Shown here in pieces: positions 1-14,340 of a stretch of 64,000 nt of DNA. A model generated the notes under the pieces. That model saw only the letters and a program-made list of their open reading frames with translations. It had not been told where the DNA came from and searched no databases. The stretch spans positions 16,430,001 through 16,494,000 of the forward strand of contig NC_043016.1 in assembly GCF_006345805.1 (NCBI RefSeq), written 5' to 3'. The position numbers and the translations under genes are program-made. This DNA comes from Octopus sinensis (taxonomy: Eukaryota). Numbering within the stretch: the stretch's first letter is position 1; each line of letters opens with the position of its first letter.

Positions 1-569
1 CATTGTAAGGGAAATAACTCTCACCGCTAACATTTAGAAAAGTGCCGGCTTGTTTTGTAATTACCTCCCTTACCAAACGAGAAACACAACTCTTGCCATG
101 ACTTGGAAATGGCAAGCGTTTAAATATAATCTCCGTTTGGAAACAATGGACAAACTTTTTTAGGCCCAATTTGTACAGAAACGGCTACAACCACAAATAT
201 GCTACGTGTGTCTTCCGACGATAGCGCCGTCCCGATTGGCAGGCTGAAACTAACGCAGCTGACATGGAAGACCACACATCTGCAATATTCAACAGCCTAT
301 GGCTTCTGGTCGACTTCCCCTAATAAATCCTCTACCCAGCCAATAATTCTTCACCTCCATGTGCATAATGAACCCTGCGATTCCTGGGTAAAATGCTCCA
401 CTGATCCTCATCTCTTCATCACTATCCTCGTTCAAGCCGATGCGGCTGCTGCGAGGGCATCGGGTTTCACCTCTTCCCTTTCACCCCCCCCCCAATCTAT
501 CCGTCATAACCCTAAAACAGACACTGGAGTTCCCGGTTTTATTGACCAAGAATTTCCGTTCCTGCTGCC

Positions 570-1100
570 TCTATGAAGTGCGGTGGTTTAGGTGGTGCTG
601 TGGCCCATGAACCGGCTGGTTTAGCGGTTTCCGTTTTCTTTGCCTCGACGTACTTCAGGGCTTCTTCCCAGGGTGACTCCCTTCATTGGAATCACCCAGG
701 ATGTCAAAGCAGATCTCGTTGTCCCAAACCTACGTATGAGAGCATTGCAGACTATCAATTCGATGTAATCAATTGTGGCATGGCAGCCCACCCGGGGGCA
801 TCCCACCTTGAAGTTGTAGATCCCTACCTGGTCTCGAGGACGGGCAGCGAATGTTCTGACCCGTTCGTCCCGTTCCTGGCACATTTGTTGTAGCTGCACA
901 CGAGCGACCGTGACATTTCCTTGGCGGACACCCAGGGACTTAACGTGAGTGAAGACTGTTTGCTTAAGCGCCAAATGTCCATGATATATCATTTCTGAAG
1001 GTCTCATTGCAACATTTGAGAAGCTGAAAGACTACGTTGTTACTCGTAATACGAGTGGCTTGTTTGTAGTCTGACCATCTCAGCTCAAATTAATCCCACT
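570..1100 (-). mobile_element. Decayed LTR-retrotransposon (Ty3/gypsy-like) gag remnant
   Basis: The ORF 621-1007 motif ARVQLQQMCQERDERVRTFAARPRDQVGIYNFKVGC...DYIELIVCNALIR, and LKYVEAK in a shifted frame, resemble retrotransposon gag. Frameshifted. Confidence 0.5.
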
Positions 1101-2244
1101 CCTCGCTATTTGCAGCTGCGGAGATAAAGGTGGTTTTAATAAGCAAGAAAATAAAAAAGTTGCTACTCCATCCCGGTAAAACGCTGCGCCCAGTATGAGG
1201 AAGCAGTGTCGACAATAATTCTTTAAGGTATACCCAGTGCAGGCTTTAGACACACAAGAAGTGCAGGGGATTCACAAGAAGGTTATAGTGATTTACGTAA
1301 CTAAATAGTTGAATGATCTCCCTTGCAAGAAGGATTATAGAGTAACCACCCTTTAATAAGTTTCTCGAAGCATCTGTATCATGAGACGTGATTCTTAATT
1401 ATTCTAGAAGTTTCTAGAATATCTGGCGTTACATTACTAAAGAGAGCTTGCTTGCCCTGTTCTTTGCTTCTTAATCGATTAGACTCAAAGCCATTCATGC
1501 CATTGCTATATCCGTCTATTTCTCTACACCACATGACCACCACTTAGCTGTTATTTCTACATTTCCTGTTTCTGAACTTTCTTGCATAGATTACTTCATT
1601 CAACTAGATTCTACATTTTGATTATATTTCATAATCGACAATAAATAAAATCTATTTTTATGTAGTAAATATATAGTTCTTAAATTTTTTCTTCTTCTCT
1701 ATATAAGAACACTTCTAATAATATACACGCAGCCATATCAACACCTGATACTGAATATATATTTTCACTATACCTTCTTTGCAAATCGTTGGCGGGACTT
1801 AAATGTCGATGTAAGCATTATAGCCGACAAAGAAAGAATACGTTCTTGGAACCTCATACGACGAGAGAGTCCATCATATATAAATATATACACGCGCGCA
1901 AACACGTTTATATATATTAGAAAGACAATTACTAAATATGTATATATATTTGTTTTGGGGGTGTATTTTATTTTCAAGATTTACATGGTCTGTAAAAAGC
2001 CGAATATACATTCTTTTGCATCAAAATTTGTCAACGAAGAGAAATAATGATTTAAAATGAGCATTTTTTCCAATAATATCGAAATCACGATAGCATTTTT
2101 CATGAATATTTTCCCAGTTAAAATTCCAGTATTTTGTTGTTTTAGGTTGTGTTATTTTATTTTAATTTCTGTCTTTTCTTTTTTAATTAACATAAACATC
2201 AATCGAAAATCCAGCACAGTTATTTCCTCCTCTGTTGTTTTCCT

Positions 2245-2482
2245 TACTCTTTTACTTGTTTTAGTCATTTGACTGTGGCCATGCTGGAGCACCGCCTTTA
2301 GTCGAGCAAATCGACTCCACAGGACTTATTCTTTGTAAGCCTAGTACTTATCCTATCGGTCTCTTTTGCCGAACCACTAAGTTACGGGAGCATAAACACA
2401 CCAGCATCGGTTGTCAAGTGTTTGGGGGGACAAACACAGACACACAAACATATACAAACACATACATACATACATACATACA

Positions 2483-2565
<83 letters not shown>

Positions 2566-2593
2566 CATACATACATATGTGTGTGTATGTATG

Positions 2594-2628
<35 letters not shown>

Positions 2629-2770
2629 TATATACAACGGGCTTCTTTCAGTTTCCGTTTACCAATCCACTCACAAGGCTTGGTCGGCCCGAGGCTATAG
2701 TAGAAGACACTTGCCCAACTGAACCGTAACTATGTGGTTGGTAAGCAAGCTACTTACCACACAGTCACTC
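2245..2770 (-). mobile_element. tRNA-derived SINE with CORE-like body and internal microsatellite (family A)
   Basis: Family head GGAGTGGCTGTGTGGTAAGTAGCTTGCTTACC...GGTTCAGTCC (A/B-box-like), then CCTTGGGCAAGTGTCTT, a central (TA/CA/TACA)n block and an AAGAGTAAAAGAGT tail. Many homologous copies in the window. Confidence 0.85.
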
Positions 2771-3429
2771 TTACGGCAAAGTTCCGACAAAACTCTTATA
2801 AAATAGACGGTGGGAGAACTTCATTTGAAATTTGCGTCAAAATACATGCTCATAAATGAAATGTCAAATATTTCTTCAACTCGCAGAATTTCGGTCGATT
2901 TTCTGTTAATTTCTAATTAATATTATATGCATTTGAATCCAAATTTGCGTGCATTTTATATTTTATGCATCATTTTGTTTATATGCTTCACTCATTTGAT
3001 ATTACTCAATCACTCAGTTTATTTAGGGCGTAAATAAAGAACTGTGCACTGTCGACTTTGTTTCCTCCTAACTTTCAGAAAAATGGATATTTTTATAAAC
3101 ATGGATATTGCACTATACCCTACAGCAGTCTCGACAAAACTTATACAAAACAGTGGGTGGGAGAACTCCATTTGACATTCGCATCAAAATATATGCTCAT
3201 ATATAAAGTATGAATCGCAAAAAACTCGCTTTCCGAGCGAGAAATGTACCCTTTAGACTTTGTTTTCTCCCACCTTTCTGGAAAAATTGATATTTTTATT
3301 GAAATTTTCTACATTTGTTCGAGTGCATAACGTTCTTGATGGTCGATTATAATTTCTGTCTGCTACGAGTGAACATCTATAACATAGATATAAGCATTTT
3401 CTCCGTTAGAAAAGTTTATGGATGAGAAT

Positions 3430-3700
3430 GTGTCAAAAGAAATGTAGAGTTTGTGGAACTTTGGAATGAGACAGAGGCACACATTGTTGCCGGATGTCCC
3501 ATGTTGGCCCAGAAAGAATATAAGAAATAGAGGTACGACCAAGCAGTGAAGGTTTTACACTAGAAGCTTTGTCAGGAACGAGGATTTAAAGCTGGAAGTA
3601 CAAGGTATGATCATCAGGTCGAAAGAGTGGTAGAATTGGAGAAATGCAAAATTCTATTTAGATAGGTCAGACATAACAACGATACTCAAAGAAGAGTGAA
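3430..3700 (+). mobile_element. R4/Dong-like (RLE) LINE fragment
   Basis: Frameshifted CRVCG..ETEAHIVAGCPMLAQKEYK..YDQAV (CCHC plus RHD-like motif). Confidence 0.65.
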
Positions 3701-4183
3701 GTTCTTGGAGTTGATATAAGCGGAAAACTGGAGAAATGAAAAGAAATGAAAAAAGAGAACGAAACTGGAGTAACAGAATACGAATGAAGAAGGGAATGAC
3801 ATGGGAAGAACTGGAGCAATTGAATAGGATAACGATGAGGGAGCTCACGAATGAGCTAGTGGTCAGACATTCGAATGAACAGTACAGGTTAGAAGAGAGA
3901 GGAAAGAAAATATACACAAAGAAAATTTCATTAAAAAAACATTCATTTTTCTGAATGTTATGAGGAAACAAAGTCAAGTTGTACCAGTGTAGATTTCTGT
4001 AGTTTATATCCAAATGACATGAGTAAATTAACGACAGTTTTATTTATTCGGCGTTGGATTTTTTCCATAACATTCAGATTCTTGATGTACAAAATATCGT
4101 TAACGTTGGATTAAGAGTAAAAATTCTGCAAAGAAGCGTTGGGTAATATATTTGGGTAAAATTTGTATTTCTACAAGAAGAAA

Positions 4184-4368
4184 CGGAAAGAAGAAGAAGA
4201 AGAAGAAGAAGAAGAAGAAGAAGAAGAAGAAGAAGAAGAAGAAGAAGAAGAAGAAGAAGAAGAAGAAGAAGAAGAAGAAGAAGAAGAAGAGAAGAAGAAG
4301 AAGAAGAAGAAGAAGAAGAAGAAGAAGAAGAAGAAGAAGAAGAAGAAGAAGAAGAAGAAGAAGAAGAA
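4184..4368. repeat. (GAA)n microsatellite
   Basis: Direct inspection; source of the poly-K/E/R ORFs. Confidence 0.97.
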
Positions 4369-5769
4369 GGACGTTACCTCACAATAAATTTAAATATCAC
4401 AATGAACGAGAATTGAAATAATCATTAAAAAAGAAGCATCGATACCGTAATTTGATAAAAATATACCAAAGCTGAAATTTATTAATATTTCGAGACAGTT
4501 CGGCCTTTTATAATTGTTTCTTTTAGTAGTAGTTACAAAATATCGTTAACACTGGACTAAATACAAAATTTCAGCAAAGTAGCGTTGGGTAAATTTTATA
4601 TTTCCACAAATTATAAACAAACTTTTCGAAAAAAAACAACGCTACCTCACTATAAGTTAACATATAGCAATGAACGAGAATTGAGATAGAAGCGCTTGCT
4701 TGAAATATTCAATAAAAAAAGAAGTTTCAAAATTGTATTTTGATAAAAATATTACAAAGCTGTAATTTATGAATATATTTTCGGGATAGGTCAGCTTTTT
4801 ATAATTGCTTTGCTTTAGTAATATTTATATTATTTTAACTAATAAATAAACAACAATTTCCTACAGATTATTACTGAATGAAATAGTAGGTGGATTATTT
4901 TTGTCATTCTTTTATATGTCCTCATTTTATTTCATAAACCAAATTCTCTGTATGAGTACCTTGATCTTTCCGTAGCGAAGATTCCTTATTACTCTTCGCC
5001 GTCTCTTAATTTCCGTAGGCCTAGTAATAATTTGATGATTCGGACTTCCTAGCCGGACAAAAGATATATACCCACAAATGTAGGAAAAATTTCAACGTAT
5101 TGTAAGAGTTCATTTTTTATCCTCGTATTTCTATAATACAAACACACACTCATGCATACATACATATATATGTACATATATATATATATATATATATTAT
5201 TATATATATATAAATATATGCATACACACACATATACATATATACACTAAAGCGTTGAACGACGAGAATGATTGCTCAACACCGCATTGGTAGATAAAAT
5301 TCATTTATTTGTGTAACAAGGCTACCTTCGGTTTCATGGATACGAACACCACTCCTCCATGTGATTGGCTTGAAAAATTAAGGCATTTAGATATTGTTCT
5401 TAACATTAAACTAATGGTGGCCTTAATGCACAAATAAAAAAAATGCGCGCGTGCGCGTGTAAAAGAAATAAAGAGTTCGTTCGAAATTGCGTTTGACCCT
5501 GTATCAAATAATTGATGAGGAGTGTGCGACTTTCTGTTTTTTGTTTTTGTTAGTTTGTCTGTCTTTGCACTTACTATATGTTTTTCAACTTGACCTTTTG
5601 TGCCTGTTTTCCACTCGTTTGTCAATTTACTTTCTGCGTGTTGTGTTCTCTCAAATTGACGATCCTATACTTATCACTTATTCCCAAGTTAATTTGTATT
5701 ATGTTTATCCTCAATGTTACTCGTTTTACAAAATTTCCTTAACTTCCTATACCCTGCTTTTCCTTATTT

Positions 5770-6000
5770 CTTTATTGCCCACAAGGGGCTAAACATAAAG
5801 GGGACAAACAAGGACAGACAAAGGCATTAAATTACATCGACCCCAGTGCATAACTGGTACTTAATTTATCGACCCCGAAAGGATGAAAGGCAAAGTCGAC
5901 CTCGGCGGAATTTGAATTCAGAATGTAACGGCAGATGAAAGACGAAATACCAGTAAGCATTTCGCCCGGCGTACTAACGTTTCTGCCAGCTCGCCGCCTG
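5770..6000 (-). mobile_element. tRNA-derived SINE family B (Meta/MESC-like core)
   Basis: Head aggcggcgagctggcagaaacgttag, core gtcgactttgcctttcatcctttcggggtcgataaa, tail ccccttgtgggcaataaag. The core-domain name is from memory of the consensus. Confidence 0.75.
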
Positions 6001-6445
6001 TTTTTTCGAGAGCTGAATGGTAATGGTCTGTATTTAGTTTTAAATTTTCTTCTTTAGCAGAAAGATTAGAAATACGGGTTGAAATATTTTCCACTAATCT
6101 GTGCATTATGCTAGCCGGGTGGTTACTATTTATGTTTATATATTTGAGGCTTTCATTTGGCTTGTGGTATTGTCGGTAAGTATCTGAATTAAGATCTGGT
6201 GTTATTTCTACGAAGTTTACTGTATTATGCTCCTCTTCAATCGATATGTTAAGACCTAAGCTTTTGAAGAATTTGAAGAGCTTTTTTCAATATTTTTCTA
6301 TATCTTAAAAAGCATATAGTCTCTATATAAACCTCCTCCGACTGCACTGATTCTACTGAGCCCATAGTTATGTCTAACATATCCGACCGATCTTCCTAAT
6401 CCAATATTTATCTTCAAATCTAATGATTCACTTTCTACATATATA

Positions 6446-6528
<83 letters not shown>

Positions 6529-6529
6529 G

Positions 6530-6568
<39 letters not shown>

Positions 6569-6782
6569 TTCATCTCATCTTGTTTCATAAATTTTTCTTA
6601 TACATTCTACATAAACGAAGATAGTTCCATGTGCGGCAGAAGGAACGAGCCTGCTGTGTAAACGCACATAGTAGCTGGTAACTCTACAGAAACTTTGAAA
6701 CGCACGTTATGAAGTTATTCCCCAGATCATATTAAAGTATGTGTGTGTGTGTATGCGTGTGTGTGCGTGTGTGCGTGTGCGT

Positions 6783-6834
<52 letters not shown>

Positions 6835-6893
6835 GTGTGTGTGTGTGTGCGCGTGTGTGTGTGTGTGTGCATGTGTGTGTGTGTGTGTGTGTG

Positions 6894-6932
<39 letters not shown>

Positions 6933-7099
6933 ATGTATGCTTTTTCATTTTCAGCATTGTTTAATTTTCTTTTGTTGTCTTCTTGTAGTCCATTCGTCTT
7001 TTCTTTTCTTATTTTATGAAGAATTTAAAGTTCTGGAACATCTTAAAGTTCTGGAACAGAGAAAAGTAGAAATATTAGCAAATAACGTAGTGTTTTTCA

Positions 7100-7620
7100 A
7101 TTTTAATTCATAAAGCAGCCCCAAAACAAGGCGTGAAGTTACTTCGAGTAAAAAATTATATAAATTAAATTAATTTAATTTAGATTTGAAAGGTATCAGG
7201 TCATATGAAGGAGGAAAACAATTAGATAGAAGAGAGTTCTAAAGTGTGCCAGTTAGAGGCTGGGGGAAGCTGAGAGAGTAGAACGTTTTCCTTATTGTTG
7301 TTTATAGTATGGGAAATTTTAATTTGTCTCGACGCGAAATAGATATAATACTTGCCGTGCGAGTTACTTTAGTAGATTTTGATGGTAGATTAAATAGAGA
7401 ATGCTTTTGATATAGCAATGGGTTCATCTGACTCTGCTCAGGTCTCAGACTTAGTCGGAATACGTATCCTTGCATTAATCCAGTCTTCCTTTCCAGAAGT
7501 AAGTGAGTGTCTATATAGCGATGACGCCCTATTCTTTCTCAGCAGAAGTAGTAATGTACTATTAGAAAGGCACAGGAAACATTTCTTTAGATTTTTTTTT
7601 TTATTTATGACTAAACATTA
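7100..7620 (-). mobile_element. Highly decayed CR1/L2-like LINE 3' fragment
   Basis: Frameshifted translation includes RKNRASSLY and TL*NSLLSNCFPPSYDLIPFKSKLN, resembling LINE ORF2 C-termini. Confidence 0.4.
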
Positions 7621-7807
7621 TTATAGGAAAGGATTATCGTAGAGTAAGTTTTCTTGACCCGACCTTCTGTTTTGATGCTGGATTATTTGAACGATTTCAG
7701 CTTTTTAAAAGCGTCGAATGATCATATTAAATATATAAATGTAACATCCAGCCATCCACCCTCGATGATACGGAGATTAGTTAAGATATACTTCTAGTTT
7801 TTACATG

Positions 7808-8200
7808 CTTTTTTACAGCTGGATGCCCTTCCAAATCCCAACCACTTTATAGTGTGGACTAGATAGTTTTTTACGTGGCACCAGCACAGGCGGGGTCAGT
7901 TTTGGCATGTTTTCTTTACAGTTGGATGCCCTTCCCAACACCAACCACTCCGCAGAGTGAACTGGATGCTTTTCACCTGGCACCAACACAGGTGATGTTA
8001 GTTTTAGCATATTTTTTACAGTTAGATGCCCTTCCAAGCGCCAACCACTTTATGGTGTAGTCTGGAAGGTTTTTATGTGGTACAAGCACAAGTGAACTCA
8101 GTTTTTGCATGGTTTTTATAGCTGGACGCCATTCCTAACACCAACCACCACCCAGCAGAGTGGACTGGATGCTTTCTACGAGGCACCAACATGGTGCCCT
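7808..8200 (+). repeat. Tandem array of about 100-bp units
   Basis: Four diverged copies beginning ttttacagctggatgcccttcc...ccaaccac, probably SINE/LINE tail-derived. Confidence 0.75.
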
Positions 8201-8525
8201 TCATAACTTCAAATACTTTATAGAGTGAACAGGGTGTTTTTATTACGTGGGAGCAGCACCTTCGAGGACTGCTTTGGGTGCGGAAGGCCCTTTCTGATAT
8301 CAATCCTTTCACAGAGCAAATTGGGAGGGTTTTTTACGGTGATGAATAAAGCAAATAAACTATCAAGATTTTGCAAAATAATTTGTGGAAGACAGTGCAG
8401 ATCCTTCAACAAGAACTTGCATAATCGTCTTTCTGAGACACGTGAGATGACCAAAGATGAAAAAGAAATATGGACAACTGAAATAAAATCATTAAAACAC
8501 TATAATTCATAAAATAACTGCTTAC

Positions 8526-9080
8526 CATCGCAAATCTTTTCGAGGACCTTCGCCCTTATACTTTCTAGTTCTTCATAGTTTCTAACCGTGAATAAATGCT
8601 CTGTTGCTGGAGAACTACATAATAGTTTTATCTCTTTCTTAGAAAAACTTTCTCCGATGGCAATTATGAATATTTCAATCCCTTGTGATCTTGCAATCTC
8701 TGCTTCTTCTAAAGCTGTTAAAGGCTTTTCCGAGCTGCTGTCAACGATAATAATCCCGATTTTTTTCGCCATCGTGCGTTTACCATTTGAAGATTGGAAC
8801 CCGTGGCGTCTAAGCTTGTGGATTAACTGCGCCATGCTGGAGCTTTCTAGCGCGTTCAAGCTGTTTAAGACATCGAATTTGTTTTTATGAGCGCCGAAAG
8901 AAAACCCAGTTGATCGTGGGCAGTTGTTTGATAGCAAACCGACTTGGATATGATTGGGGTCAACGTCGAATTCACCGACGATTGATTTGATAAAGTTAAA
9001 GGTAAGCCTTGTCTTCGCAGCCCCAGCTTTCGAGGAATCATGTGCGAAGAGCACATCAGCGGGTTGTCGCGATCCACAAC
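8526..9080 (-). CDS. Exon encoding vWA domain 3
   Basis: Translates to (G)CGSRQPADVLFAHDSSKAG...IQVGLLS...VLEKICD. Acceptor ttttgttctcag at 9081, donor G|GTAAG at 8525; 555 nt, phase 1-1. MIDAS is degenerate. Confidence 0.9.
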
Positions 9081-9358
9081 CTGAGAACAAAATGCAAAAA
9101 GCAAACATTTAATTAAACAGGTTTAATAAATCGTAATTAATACATACTCTTTTCCTCTTTTACTTGTTTCAGTCATTTGACTGTGGCCATGCTGGAGCAC
9201 CGCCTTTAGTCGAGCAAATCGACCCCAGGACTTATTCTTTGTAAGCCTAGTACTTATTCTATCGGTCTCTTTTGCCGAACCGCAAAGTTATGGGGACGTG
9301 AACACACCAGCATCGGTTATCAAGCGATGTTGGGGGGACAAACACAGACACACACACA

Positions 9359-9448
<90 letters not shown>

Positions 9449-9479
9449 CGTATCTATCTATCTACTTATCTATCTATCT

Positions 9480-9782
9480 CCGGAAAAAATTAAAACAGAG
9501 AGTTACTTGCTTGCAAATAAATGTGTTAACGTGATATTATTGACCGAGGTTACCGTGGTCTTTTCCGTAGGTTTTTCTTTCCACGGATAAACCTTATCTG
9601 TTTCCCCCTTTACACTTTACATCATGACATTTCTGTGATACACGATCCCTATTGGTCGTTTTTTTTCTCTCTTTTTACGATCCCTTTTGATCGAAAACCT
9701 ACTCCCCATTTTTTTCCCCCTCCCAAAATGAAATGCTCTGCTTTGTAATTTGTTCAGCCCTGTATGGCTAATAAAGAAACAT
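9480..9782 (+). mobile_element. Solo 3' UTR of the Tx1-like LINE
   Basis: gaggttaccgtggtcttttccgtaggtttttc...ctgtatggctaataaag; preceded by (TCTA)n. Confidence 0.75.
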
Positions 9783-9879
9783 ATTTACCTAAAATATATC
9801 CCTGTGCAGGATACTCACGCAGTATTATTCCTGAATAAGTTCACTCGGCAGCACATGTCAGGTAAACTTCATGTATTTA

Positions 9880-12569
9880 CAATCACGTGAATTCAATAAT
9901 TGACTTCAGTTTAGCAGAGTTCAAAACAGGGTACCACTCACACAGAGGCATATCACATTGTGAACTACGGTATCCAGTCTCCCTACGTTTCCCTTTTGCT
10001 TTACATACGGTACATCTCTTTGAAGCATTTGTCTTCTTGGCGGTGGGGGAAACAGTCGTGGAAAATGCCCCCGTCCCTTCACCATGCGATGAGAAGAGAG
10101 TCCTGCGTGGGAACGTCCAGGCGTTCTATACTTTGGCAGGTCTGATGCTTCTATCATTTCACGGAAGTATATATTGCTGAGTGTCAATCCATCCTCCACT
10201 CCACCAAGCATCTACCAAATCAAATGTGAGTTCACTACGGACATGTCAACTATTACAAGAAATTTTTTGGTACCATTTCACATATTTTCTCACCGCCCAT
10301 CCCTTCATAGCGCTAAGCATTTCAACCGGCGTGCTAACGCTTCTTATTTCTGTATTGCTCACAAGGGGCTAAGCATAGCGGGGACAAACAAGGACAGACA
10401 AACGGATTAAGTCGATTATATCGAACCCAGTGCGTATCTGGAACTTAATTTATCGACCCCGAAAGGAGCAATAAAGAAAAGAAGAAACGTTAGCACGCCG
10501 GGTGAAATGCTTAGCGCTATTTCGTCTGCCGTTACTTTCTGAGTTCAAATTTCGCCGTTCATCCTTTAGTGGTCGATTAAATAAATACCAGTTACGCACT
10601 GGGGTCAATGTAATCGACTTAGTCTCTTTGTCTCTCCTTGTTTGTCCCCTCTATGTTTAGACTCTTGTGGGCAATAAAGATATAAGAATGCATTGTGGAT
10701 AATATGAAGACGTTTTTCTTATCATGCCACACTCGAGCGGGAATGCCACTATCGGTGAATCGGTACGCAGTTTCCCCCTTTCGAAGTTTTATCTTGTGAC
10801 GATCGTGCGGCATTTTTTCCCGGTGTGTCTGCAAAGTCCCACAGGCATTAGTCCTCCTCGCCTGCAACTGCAGGAAAGAGGTCTGGACTGGAAAACCAGT
10901 TGTCGAAATAAACATTGTAGCCTTTATGAAACAGGTTTTCATTCAGTGACAACACATCATTTGACGCCAGAGTAGACGCTGGAAGACCCAATCTTATTTC
11001 TTTACAACCCACAAGGGGCTAAACACAGAGGGGACAAACAAGGACAGACAAACGGATTAAGTCGATTATATCGACCCCAGTGCGTAACTGGTATTTATTT
11101 AATCGACCCTGAAAGGATGAAAGGCAAAGTCGACCTCGGCGGAATTTGAACTCAGAACGTAGCGGCAGACGAAATACCTATTTCTTTATTACCCACAAGG
11201 GGCTAAACACAGAGGGGACAAACAAAGACAGAACATAGGTATTAAGTCGATTACATCGACCTCAGTGCGTAACTGGTACTTAATTTATCGACCCCGAAAG
11301 GATGAAAGGCAAAGTCGACCTCGGCGGAATTTGAACTCACAACGTAACGGCAGACGAAATACGGCTAAGCATTTCGCCCGGCGTGCTAACGTTTCTACCA
11401 GCTCGCCGCCTTCACAACGTAACGGCAGACGAAATACCGCTAAGCATTTCGCCCGCCGTGCTAACATTCCTGTCAGCTCACCGCTTGAAGACCCAATCTG
11501 TCTTGACCAGTGTAGATTTTGTAATTCCGCGTGTACCCACAGGCTCTGTCAATTGAATGGCATGCTTTATAAACCTTGACTCAAAACAGGCATGTTTGGT
11601 CGGGTTGTATTGTTTAAATTGGAGCCTTCCCTTGAATTTCCACAAACTCTCGTCCGTACAAATGTCCTGTGTGGGGAACATACACCGTTCTGAAATTTTT
11701 AGCCGCTTCGTCAACGCTAGGATGTATTATGTACAGCCTGCCATCCTGGTTTTCGTGTGAGTTGAAATATAGATTTCGAAGAAGCGCCAAAAATCGATCC
11801 CGTGCCATCGTTTCCGGAAAGAAAGGTGTCGATTTGGTTGGATCCCGATTCCAATATGACACCAGGGTTCGTTTTTTCCCGATGCCTATCAGTATCAGCA
11901 GAGCAAGCAGAACCTTGATTATGTCCGCTGTGGTTGGAAACCAATCGACGCCATGCTCGGGTCTGACATGCTGCGGATGGTTTTCAGCAGTCATTCGTTT
12001 CGTCCGCTATATATTGGAACATTCCATCCGTCAAAAACTCATAGAAGATTTCCAATGGCGAACTTCTATGTTCAAGTTTTGCTTTCATGCCAGGCGTACC
12101 AGTAAACCCATGCCGTCGCACGAAGTTGTCTCGCGCTCCCCACACGATATTCTGTTGTCCAGGGCCATTCACTGCTGCCCGCCTGTACCTCTGATTCACC
12201 GGAATATCATCATCGCTGTTGGAATCATCTGATCCTGAACTAGGAAAATTCTCACTCTCCGAGTCATCGTTCGAACTGGAAGAAACAACTGGTGAGGTGG
12301 TGGAACTTGGTGTAGCTTGGCGCGATGACCGTGAATTCGACAAAACAGGACGCGACTACGAAGTTGACAGAGCCAGGATGTTAGGACCAGCCTATCGGGT
12401 TGTAGTAGTTGCATAACTCTATTCGGTCCATTCCTTCGGCCGATCAGTTGGCAGGTGAACCGGTATTAACTCAGGTAACAGGTTCTAAGTGAGGCGGTGT
12501 ATAATTACGTCGACCGATTTAAAGCATGTGCATTGCGTGCATAAATTTCCGTCACCCGTTTTAAAAGGG
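9880..12569 (-). mobile_element. piggyBac (PGBD4-like) transposon fossil interrupted by SINEs
   Basis: Fragments LEIFYEFLTD, MARDRFLALLRNLYF, ICTDESLWKFKGRLQFKQYNPTK, WHDKKNVFILSTMH, VDMSVVNSH and a Cys-rich tail KRCTVCK. One terminus TTAA|CCCTTTT at 12569-12573; the other end was not found. Confidence 0.85.
10995..11480 (-). mobile_element. Tandem family B SINE copies inserted into the piggyBac fossil
   Basis: Two acccacaaggggctaaacacagagggg units plus a duplicated head at 11340-11480. Further copies at 10310-10690 in both orientations. Confidence 0.8.
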
Positions 12570-13665
12570 TTAAAACTTGGAATCTTTTTGAAATTTGAGA
12601 GTTATATCTGTAGACTTTTATCATTCACTTTTTCAGTAATTGGACTACAGACACTATGGGCCGCAGATTGGGCAGCGGGCGTGAGTGTAGGGTAACAAGT
12701 TTGCTTCCCAACCATACAGCTCCGGGTTCAGTCCCTCTGCGTGGCATCTTGGGCATGTGTCTTCTACTATAGCCTCGGTCCGGCCAAAGCTTTATGGGTG
12801 GATTTGGTAGACGGAAACTGAATGAAACCCGACGTGTTTTGAAATTTTAGTTAATGACACGGTTTTCGAGAGTTAAGTAAACCTTTTTCTATTTAAGAAA
12901 TTTTAAGATATTTTAAGAAGTTTTATTGTATTGTATTCTATATAACTACTGATTGTTAATTTGATTCTATAATTATTTAGTTGTTGATGATATTTTAGAT
13001 GTGTATATTTAATTATTAGATTATAACTGTACGTAAATTGTTAGATATTACTTAGTTACTGAGGTATATAATCGTAAATGTTATACGGTTCTTTTATTAG
13101 ATAGGTTATCGTTTTTAATTTGATTTTTAAATTATTTCATAAATATATTCTATTGATATTTATAATATTTATTATGTAAGTAATAATGACTAATAATTTT
13201 ATTTTTCGTTATATGGCTGTATATTTATTGATAGAGAAAATTTTAGATTTTAATTATATATTTGTTGATTATAATTTGTATATTATTTTTAAATTTTATA
13301 ATTATTAGATGTGAACTAAATCTAAAAATATGAATAGTGATTATTTTTGTTAAATAATTTGGTATTAAATATTGGACTATAACTGAGTTAAGGATATTCG
13401 AGAGTTTATTATGTTTTTTAGAGTCATATTATATCTTCATAGATAAATACATATTCTATCTATTTTTTGACCTTAAAAATAAATATTTAAACTTAATTGT
13501 AATTCGAATTTAATTGTAGCCATGAAACGTACGTAGCGTTTTTACTTATTATATTCTATATTTATCATTCATTTTATACGTTTTGAGATCTAGTTTATAA
13601 GTTATATATTAAATAAAATTTTTAAAAATAAGAAGAGAAATTATATATATATATATATAATTATT

Positions 13666-13713
<48 letters not shown>

Positions 13714-14282
13714 ATATAATTATTATGTATTGGTTTATTTCTATCACTGTTTGAGTTGCATAATAGTGGTTTTATCTCTAATTCGTATTTTATATACATA
13801 TATATATAATATATACATACACACACACACATACATACACACACACACGCCCACACACACACCGCACAACACGCACACACACACACACATATATATATAT
13901 AAGAAAAAGTGTATAATTGTGAATAAATCACAGTTATAGCGGAGAGGGTTGTAAAAACCTTCACACGTCTACGATTAGCAGTCAAAACCGGTATAAAGCT
14001 ACTATACCAGTTATATCTTATATCTTATATCTTCACAATAAAAGCTGTCGGCAGGCGACATGACAAATTCAAAATCTAAACAAACTTGCAATTTCGAAGT
14101 TAGGAACCAAGGTTCCACCACTCTTCTCGTCAGGAGAACATTCATGTAGATAGAACTTAACACGAACGAACATACTTTGGGGCTTGTATATATATAAATA
14201 TATATATTGTATATATATATATATATTATATATTATAAATTATATATATATATATATAATATATATTATATGTATATATATA

Positions 14283-14340
<58 letters not shown>

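Noticed and set aside
9880-12569. Domesticated or intact piggyBac gene
   Set aside because: Multiple frameshifts and stops, SINE insertions, and only one terminus found.
14078-14138. Minus-strand CUGACGA...GAAA hammerhead-like motif
   Set aside because: Core and stem II are present but stem I cannot pair; at best a dead remnant.
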